Of a stretch of 64,000 nucleotides of DNA, positions 57,455-64,000 are shown piece after piece. A model generated the notes under the pieces. It saw only the letters and a program-made list of their open reading frames with translations, searched no databases and was not told where the DNA came from. Made by a program: the position numbers and the translations under genes. Numbering within the stretch: the first letter of the stretch is position 1; every line of letters starts with the position of its first letter. This DNA comes from Nitrososphaerota archaeon (GTDB lineage: Archaea > Thermoproteota > Nitrososphaeria_A > Caldarchaeales > Calditenuaceae), in assembly GCA_041641295.1 (NCBI GenBank), contig JBEPYO010000001.1:1-64000 (forward strand), written 5' to 3'.

Positions 57455-60349
57455 TTAGACGAACTCCGTATAGATTCCAGGGCGTAGAGGCACTGCGGTC
57501 GCAGCCTTCCCCATCGGGTCGTATTCTGCCTCTTCAGCCCTCAGAACCTGTATGGCACCTCCACACTCATTCTCAAGGTATTCGCGATTTTCCCGATACA
57601 GGTCATACTCTTGGTCCGCGACGCTTAAGATGGTTTCGACGCTGTATCTCTGGACGTAGCTCTGCATCATCTCGAACAGTCTTTTGGCAATCGTGGGTAG
57701 CTTGCTCCTCTCTATGTTTTCGATCTTCACTATCTCGCCTATTATGCTGCTGTATCCTCTCTGGGTTATTACTTCCCAGTTCTCTGCCATTCTTTTAATG
57801 ACGGGTATCATTGATTTCTTGGAGACGTATATGTAGATTTTAGACGGCCTCTTCTTCGTTGTCTGTGCTATGCTTTTGATGTCTTCTATAATGCTATCTA
57901 AGACCTCGTCCCTGAGCAGTAGCTCTGTGTTTGCTTTCTCTACGCTAGGCCAGCTTGAGAGCGACACGTATCCTTTGCCGCCTATCATGCTCCAAGCCTC
58001 CTCTGCGGTGAATGGGGCGGCTATGGAGAGCATCTTTATCCAAGACTCTATTAACGTCTTTGCGGCTGGCCCCATACGGCCTCCCCGCCTCCTCAAGTAT
58101 TTCCGCCACAGATTGTCCATGTCGTAGAGGATTTTAGAGGCGGCTGTACGGGTCTTTAACACTTTCATACTCTGCTCCACCTCCTCAACCACTTGTCTTA
58201 GCCGCGCCAGAGCCCACCCGTCAGCCTCCAACCAAGCATCATCTGCAATGGATGAACGGTACTCGCCGATAATTCTAAGGAAGTTGTCGAGAAATCTCCT
58301 GACGCTCTCTGCGTTCTTCCATTTCCAGTCTGGGTCATCCATATCCTCTGCCGAAAGTATTATGGCAAGCCTCGTCGCATCGGCGCCTACACGTGATATA
58401 GCCTCTTTCAGCGACACGAATATGCCTCGACTCTTATGCATCTCCTCCCCCTCAATCCTAACCATTCCGTTAATGCCTACTGCGCGCGGCCACTTGTCTG
58501 GTGGGAAGATCGCTACGTGCTGGAAGATGTAGAATGTGAGGTGGTTTGGGAGTAGTTCCTTAGCGGACACTCTGAGGTTGACGGGGTACCAGTAGTCAAA
58601 CTCCCTCTTCATTGCTTCTAGCAGCTCTGGGTTAACCCCTGTCTTTCTCGATACCTCATCCCTGTCCCCTCTGCCTCTAAAAACGTAGTCGAATAACTCG
58701 TGCCTAAGCTGCTCAGGCTTCACGAGGCCGGTGTTAACGTATTTGCTAATGGTGTATAGTGCCTGGTATATGGTTGAGTCGCTCAGCGTCTCAACGATCC
58801 ATGCATTATCGAATGGAAACCTGGTTCCAAGCCCCGTCTTACGGGTGCATGGCCAGTCTTTAAGCCAGTCTACTACGTTCAAGAACCATTGCCTAGCCCC
58901 CTCCGGATAAATCTCCATTTCATTGATGTGTTTTCTCACCTGCTCCTTCCAGTCCTCGTCGCCATAGGTGACGAACCACTGGTCCTCCACGACCTTGACT
59001 ATGCATCTGTCTCCGCTCCTGCAGACTACGGGCTGGGGCAGCTCATACATGATAGTGGCCAGCTTCTCAGAGATGAGGCGTGACTTGACCGTGTCGCGTG
59101 CCTCTTTTACCGTCATACCCTTATACTCGCCGCAAAGCTCGTTGAGCTCGCCACCATAGAATTCCTTGGAATAGATCTCCTGGGTAAAGTCTTCTAGTCT
59201 AGGGTCTGTCGAGGAGGTTACTCCTGCCTTATCCACAATTTCGACAGCGGGGTGAGGAGATAGGCCCGGTGTCGAGATGATACTGATGGGTTGTAGGCTC
59301 TCTATTATTGAGCGATCTATTCCATATTCCTCAAGCCTCTGTGGCTTCATCCTCAACTCTTTCAGCCCGGCATAGTCGTAGGGAGCGTGGCTGGGTACAC
59401 TGTAGACCACGCCCGTGCCTAGGTTGGGGTCAACAAAATCAGCCGGCAGTATGATCAGCCTCTTGCCTGTTATGGGTGCGATGCAGTATTTGCCAATCAG
59501 CGCGCGTCCATCGATTATCCTCCCAGTACCGGCCACGCCCTTATGCTGCTCCTTCAGCTTAACTACAGCCTCGCGACTCACAATGACCCGCGCACCCGAG
59601 AGGACAATCTCAACATACTCGGCCTCCGGCTTGACCCAGACGTTAGTAGCGCCAAAGATTGTCTCCGGGCGTAGAGTGGATGCTGCTAGATAAACCTCCT
59701 CACCCTCAAGCTTGAAAAATACGAGGGTAAACTCGACCGGGGATACACCCTCACCCACCAGCCTGTCATGGTCCCCTGTTGGGCTCTCACAGACCGGGCA
59801 CCATACCACTGGGTGTGAGCCCTTTCTAAGCCTACCTAGCTCGTATAGCGTCCTATACTGCCATTCTATGAACCTGCTGTAGTATGGGTGTAGGTCTGAG
59901 GTGTAGAACTCCCTCCTCCAGTCTATGGAGAACCCCATCATCTTAACCGTCTCCCTATTCTCCTCTGTGTAGTATCTGCTGATGAAGGCGGGGTCTGTGA
60001 ACCGTGGGAGCAGGTCTTCAGGAACCTTGTCAATCTCCCTGAGCATCTTTAAGACAGCGGGGTCGCCGCGCCTCAGCCTCTCAGCAGTCCCTGCAACCGC
60101 CTCGCCTGTCCAGTGCCAAGCCCAAGGAAAGAGGACGTTGTAGCCCTTCATCCGCATGTATCGGGCATACATGTCAACCCTAGTTGCCGTGAAACAGTGG
60201 CCGACGTGCAGTGGCCCATTCTGGTAGGAGTAAGGGAAAGTGACGAAGACCTTTGGCCTACTAGGGTCAGGGTCTGCCTCGAAGACCCTATCCTCATAAA
60301 TCTTCTTAGCCCATTTCTCCTCATATGCTACGGCTGAGCGGGTAGGCAT
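57455..60349 (-). CDS. leuS: Leucine--tRNA ligase (archaeal)
   Basis: FPY..G.LHVGH, HDRLVGEG, TLRPET, SVPSHAPYD, LSDSTIY, NHL, EMHKS. Confidence 0.96.
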   Translation of the reverse strand: MPTRSAVAYEEKWAKKIYEDRVFEADPDPSRPKVFVTFPYSYQNGPLHVGHCFTATRVDMYARYMRMKGYNVLFPWAWHWTGEAVAGTAERLRRGDPAVLKMLREIDKVPEDLLPRFTDPAFISRYYTEENRETVKMMGFSIDWRREFYTSDLHPYYSRFIEWQYRTLYELGRLRKGSHPVVWCPVCESPTGDHDRLVGEGVSPVEFTLVFFKLEGEEVYLAASTLRPETIFGATNVWVKPEAEYVEIVLSGARVIVSREAVVKLKEQHKGVAGTGRIIDGRALIGKYCIAPITGKRLIILPADFVDPNLGTGVVYSVPSHAPYDYAGLKELRMKPQRLEEYGIDRSIIESLQPISIISTPGLSPHPAVEIVDKAGVTSSTDPRLEDFTQEIYSKEFYGGELNELCGEYKGMTVKEARDTVKSRLISEKLATIMYELPQPVVCRSGDRCIVKVVEDQWFVTYGDEDWKEQVRKHINEMEIYPEGARQWFLNVVDWLKDWPCTRKTGLGTRFPFDNAWIVETLSDSTIYQALYTISKYVNTGLVKPEQLRHELFDYVFRGRGDRDEVSRKTGVNPELLEAMKREFDYWYPVNLRVSAKELLPNHLTFYIFQHVAIFPPDKWPRAVGINGMVRIEGEEMHKSRGIFVSLKEAISRVGADATRLAIILSAEDMDDPDWKWKNAESVRRFLDNFLRIIGEYRSSIADDAWLEADGWALARLRQVVEEVEQSMKVLKTRTAASKILYDMDNLWRKYLRRRGGRMGPAAKTLIESWIKMLSIAAPFTAEEAWSMIGGKGYVSLSSWPSVEKANTELLLRDEVLDSIIEDIKSIAQTTKKRPSKIYIYVSKKSMIPVIKRMAENWEVITQRGYSSIIGEIVKIENIERSKLPTIAKRLFEMMQSYVQRYSVETILSVADQEYDLYRENREYLENECGGAIQVLRAEEAEYDPMGKAATAVPLRPGIYTEFV

Positions 60350-60423
60350 CCTCCTTATTGCAGTAAGATGGTGCTCATATATCTTGAGCGGGGCTGTCTA
60401 CTTGAGGGCAACTCTAGCTGGGT

Positions 60424-61422
60424 TCATATACGGTGGCTGCTGAAGTGTCTCCAACCCCTACCACTGAGCTCGTAGCGTTTCCCGTCAAGCCACGCGACGA
60501 TGGATTTCTCCCTCGTAGCCTCGCCTATGGGGATGAGCCTACAGCCCAGTCCTCTCAGAACGGCTGCGGCGTCGTCAAGACTCTCTCTAGGTATCGTCAG
60601 GACGAGTTCGTATTCCTCCCCACCCCTGAAAATAGCCTCAAACATGTCGAGGTTGTAGGTTGTTGCATATTCTGCGGCTACTGAGTCTATGGGCGGATCT
60701 GTCACCCTGAAGCCCACACCACTCCACTGGGAGAGCTCGGAGAGACAGGCCTCCAGCCCGTCACTAGAGTCTATAGAAGCCGTCACAAGCCTAGCTCTCC
60801 CAAGCGCTAGCCCCTCTCTCAGCCTAGGCTTTGGGTTAAAGACAGCATCAAGGAGTGGCCGCCACTTCTCTTCCGTGTTTGAGTTTAATGCGGCGTGTAG
60901 ACCGGTGTATGTCTTCCCGAACTCGCCTGTAACTGCAAGTATATCGCCCGGCCGCGCCCCACTACGGGGTATAGGGGCCTCTGAATACCCTATCCCTACC
61001 ACACCTATAGAGACCTCACCGGCCTGGTTTGTGTCGCCCGCAACCACCTCGCCGCCAAAACTCCGCGCCGTCTCGAGTATGCCCGACCAGAGCTCGAGAA
61101 ACTCGTTTCCACGCATCTCCCTAGGGAGTCCCAGCTCAACAACAAAGAAGAGGGGCTGCGCAGCCTTTGCCGCAAAGTCGCTGACAACGCTCACCACTGC
61201 TTTAGAGCCTGTTTGACGGTGCGTCATGCCCGGAGGAACGTCAGTGGAGGCCACTAGCATATCCCCCGATACTATTATCTGCCCGTTGACGCTTAACTCC
61301 ACCGCGTCGTCGCCAATTTGCAGCCGACCCTTCTGAACCGGCTTGAGCGAGTTCAGAATCACAGACAGTATCCAATCCTCACCTAGCTCCGATAAAGAAC
61401 TCTTATGCGTCTCCTCTACCAT
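60424..61422 (-). CDS. thiL: Thiamine-monophosphate kinase
   Basis: IGDDA, SDFAA, GDT, DSSDGL, GEEYEL. Confidence 0.93.
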   Translation of the reverse strand: MVEETHKSSLSELGEDWILSVILNSLKPVQKGRLQIGDDAVELSVNGQIIVSGDMLVASTDVPPGMTHRQTGSKAVVSVVSDFAAKAAQPLFFVVELGLPREMRGNEFLELWSGILETARSFGGEVVAGDTNQAGEVSIGVVGIGYSEAPIPRSGARPGDILAVTGEFGKTYTGLHAALNSNTEEKWRPLLDAVFNPKPRLREGLALGRARLVTASIDSSDGLEACLSELSQWSGVGFRVTDPPIDSVAAEYATTYNLDMFEAIFRGGEEYELVLTIPRESLDDAAAVLRGLGCRLIPIGEATREKSIVAWLDGKRYELSGRGWRHFSSHRI

Positions 61423-62351
61423 GAGCGACGACCCTTCCTCTCCAGAGCAAGGACGAGCTGGGTCAATAATGTATTGGCAGGGGCCGGCTTTCCTGCTGAC
61501 CTTAGGACCCTCGACAGGGCTCCGTTGATGAACTCTATTTCTGTCCTCCTACCCCTCTCTATATCCTGAAGCATGGAGGACTTGTTCTCGTATGTTGCTC
61601 TAATCGCCTCATAGACCCTATTTTTCACATGCTCAGGTGATAGCCTAGCCCCTAGTAGGGAGCTTGCCTCCACACCCTCCAGCACCAACTCATCAATCAC
61701 CCATGATAACTCCTGCACCTCCAGCAGCACACCATTCTTCACGCCAAGAATAGCCGTCAGGGGGTTTATCACAGAGTTGATGATTAACTTAGTCAGTACC
61801 TCGGGGTAGACGTTTTCTACCGCCGCGGTCTTCACACCCATTTTCGTCAACTCGTCGGCTACTTGTCTTATCTTTTCTACAGGTGTTTTGGTGGAGGGGT
61901 GGGAGCCGAGTACTGTTTCGCCGTCATAGGCGTGGAAGACGCTGTTCAGACCTGTAAGTGTGGAGGCCTGAAGGGTGTAGCCCGCAACAACCCTCTCTGG
62001 GCCGAACACCTCGGCAAGCCGCTCCACGTTGTTAAGCCCATTCTGTACTGTGGCTACTAGGCACTGCCCACTTAAGTAGGGTGAAACCATCCGCGCAGCG
62101 GCCTCAGTGTCATATGACTTGACACAAATCAGACAGAGGTCGGCTCTGGATGCCTTTCTGGGATCTGTTGTACACTCAGGCCAAGCCCTCCAAGAAGAAC
62201 CCCCCTCGCTGATGATCACTCCGTCAGAGCTAATCGCTTCAGCCGCTTCCCGCCTCCGCGTTAGGATCACAACATCTCCGCCATGGCGACTTATAACTCC
62301 GGCAAACAATATTCCGAGGGCTCCTGCACCTACGACCAGTATCCTCATCAC
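61416..62351 (-). CDS. panE: Ketopantoate reductase
   Basis: GAGALG, VKSYD, QNG, KLIIN..INPL, SSMLQD, TEIEFING. Confidence 0.94.
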   Translation of the reverse strand: MMRILVVGAGALGILFAGVISRHGGDVVILTRRREAAEAISSDGVIISEGGSSWRAWPECTTDPRKASRADLCLICVKSYDTEAAARMVSPYLSGQCLVATVQNGLNNVERLAEVFGPERVVAGYTLQASTLTGLNSVFHAYDGETVLGSHPSTKTPVEKIRQVADELTKMGVKTAAVENVYPEVLTKLIINSVINPLTAILGVKNGVLLEVQELSWVIDELVLEGVEASSLLGARLSPEHVKNRVYEAIRATYENKSSMLQDIERGRRTEIEFINGALSRVLRSAGKPAPANTLLTQLVLALERKGRRSW

Positions 62352-63196
62352 GGCCTTCTTACTTTACTGAGGAATTCCTCAAACGTCTCCTTCTTCATGT
62401 GCCTTGTATGCTCCTCGGATGGGAATACTCCTTCGAGAACCTCTGACTTATATCTTGAGATTGCATCCTTTACGATCGACGCAAGATCTACGTACCTCTT
62501 AGAGAAGGGTGGAGACCTGTCGTATAGTCCTAGGATGTCGTGGAGTACGAGTACTTGGCCGTCGCACCCGGGTCCGGAACCTATTCCGATTACAGGTATC
62601 TTTAGCTGTTTAGAGATGTACTCAGCAACCTCGGCTGTAACGTATTCGGCGACTATGGCAAAGGCGCCCGCCTCCTCTATGGCCTTTGCATCCTCGACTA
62701 TTTTGAGGGCGTCGTCAACATCTTTTGCCGTCAGTCTGTATCCGGTGGTCGAGGCGGCGCTCTGCGGTGTTAAGCCGATATGACCCACAACTGGTATACC
62801 GGCATTAACAATAGCCCTGACAACCTCCGCGTACTCGACTCCTCCTTCAAGCTTGACTGCGTCAACCATCCCCTCCTTAACAAGCCGGCCGGCATTTCTG
62901 ACAGCCTCCTCCTTCGATACTTGGAACGACATGAACGGCATATCTCCCACTACAAGAGCCCTCTCAACACCCCGCGATACAGACTTGCAAAAAGTTATCA
63001 TGTCTCTGAGCGTCACAAACCGGGTGTCCTTATACCCCATCATGACCATGGAGGCCGAATCGCCTACAAGCACTATGTCGACGCCAACTTGGTCTACGAG
63101 TCGGGCAAAAGCATAGTCATACGCCGTTATCATGACTATTTTCCTCCCCTTCTTCTTCAGCTGGATTATGTCCCTTGCGGTTAGTTTCTCGTTCAA
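62348..63196 (-). CDS. panB: Ketopantoate hydroxymethyltransferase
   Basis: TAYD, LVGDS, DMPF, KLEG, GHIGLTPQ, DGQVLV. Confidence 0.97.
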   Translation of the reverse strand: MNEKLTARDIIQLKKKGRKIVMITAYDYAFARLVDQVGVDIVLVGDSASMVMMGYKDTRFVTLRDMITFCKSVSRGVERALVVGDMPFMSFQVSKEEAVRNAGRLVKEGMVDAVKLEGGVEYAEVVRAIVNAGIPVVGHIGLTPQSAASTTGYRLTAKDVDDALKIVEDAKAIEEAGAFAIVAEYVTAEVAEYISKQLKIPVIGIGSGPGCDGQVLVLHDILGLYDRSPPFSKRYVDLASIVKDAISRYKSEVLEGVFPSEEHTRHMKKETFEEFLSKVRRP

Positions 63197-63960
63197 GGCA
63201 GCTCCTCCAACCCCGCTAGGCGTGTCAGATGCCTCAATATGAGTTCTATCATCCTTCTGAGGTTTTCCTCGTTGTTGAAGGAGTGGTATATCTCCTCCAG
63301 CTCTTTGGCTGTATAACCCTTCAACTCCTCGACGGCCCTGCAGAGGTTTGGCATAGCCCTAACAACGTTGTCAACTATCGAGATTGTAGCGGCCCTCGAC
63401 GTCCGCGAAAGCGGGTTAAGATCAATGGCCACGATCCTCTTCCCAAGGGCCACCAGCTTCTCGGCTCGGTCCCCATCCTCCAATGGTACTAGTACCGTGT
63501 CTGCAGAGTATATCCCATTCCTCGAGACGAACCGTCTCTGACTGCTTAGGCCAGGGATCTCCACAAGATCTGAATCTCCCAACACGTTTTCAGCCCCTCT
63601 ACCCTCGAGAAACTCCTTAATCCTTCTGATTCTCTCGGGTGAGCGGTGGAACAGGTTTACCTCGATTCTCGCGTTGAGAGTTTTTGCGAGTCTGACCACC
63701 TCGTCTGGGACAAGTGCAGCCGTGTTGCCGTTCACGGAGATTACTGGGTGTTTTGAGAGGAGGAGTAGTGCCGCCGCGGCCCTTGTAGCCTCTAGGGCAG
63801 GCGGGTGAGTCTCCTCGCCTAAAATGTAGTCTAGTGCCTCCCCCCTCCCGTGGGCCAATAACCCGTGTGGAACAACTATCCCCGCCTCAAACCCCTTCAC
63901 AATCCTCTCCCTGATCATGAGGGAGACGTATCGAGGATGGTCTCGAGGTATCTCCTCCAC
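63193..63960 (-). CDS. 4-phosphopantoate--beta-alanine ligase (archaeal phosphopantothenate synthetase)
   Basis: HPRY.SL, AHGRGEA.DY, SVNGN, VPLEDGDR, IDLNPLSRT, VDN. Confidence 0.95.
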   Translation of the reverse strand: MEEIPRDHPRYVSLMIRERIVKGFEAGIVVPHGLLAHGRGEALDYILGEETHPPALEATRAAAALLLLSKHPVISVNGNTAALVPDEVVRLAKTLNARIEVNLFHRSPERIRRIKEFLEGRGAENVLGDSDLVEIPGLSSQRRFVSRNGIYSADTVLVPLEDGDRAEKLVALGKRIVAIDLNPLSRTSRAATISIVDNVVRAMPNLCRAVEELKGYTAKELEEIYHSFNNEENLRRMIELILRHLTRLAGLEELP

Positions 63961-64000
63961 TCCACCTCACCCGGCTTGAAAACCCTAACTATGGGTAGTG

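Noticed and set aside
1-64000. CRISPR arrays, cas genes, transposases, integrases, rRNA
   Set aside because: No spaced direct repeats or recognisable motifs seen
63961-64000. Expected 3' end of pantoate kinase
   Set aside because: Plausible from context, but 40 nt is too little to support a call

Overview
Archaeal chromosomal window. Evidence: uS14/S29, archaeal LeuRS, phosphopantothenate synthetase, Trm112, RtcB, a presenilin homologue and intron-containing tRNA. Gene style suggests a thermophilic Aigarchaeota/Caldarchaeales-like organism, but that is inference. From left to right: PMM/PGM, DedA, NnrE, a sugar oxidoreductase/isomerase trio and an AKR; a heme operon hemA-C-D-B-L-E plus a CopD/HemJ-like membrane protein and an AhbD-like radical SAM enzyme; an AT-rich fused indolepyruvate:ferredoxin oxidoreductase beside tRNA-Arg; housekeeping genes; tRNA-Cys and a two-intron tRNA-Leu. 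An approximately 21 kb accessory metal/redox region follows (28.7-49.6 kb): K+ channel, a HOD/AqdC-type cofactor-free dioxygenase, merA, an OsmC/MetE-like pair, a cupredoxin + Tat 4Fe-4S + ActC/NrfD + cupredoxin cluster, a wHTH-RDD regulator, and a CopR/TRASH/CopA copper cluster with a repeated operator palindrome. The right end carries F420 genes (cofD with an apparent ATA start), Rieske/cytochrome b, leuS, thiL and pantothenate genes. The best candidate for an undescribed system is a heme-c-free, molybdenum-free, alternative-complex-III-like quinol:cupredoxin oxidoreductase embedded in a copper-handling island. All calls come from motif recognition by eye; no searches were run.
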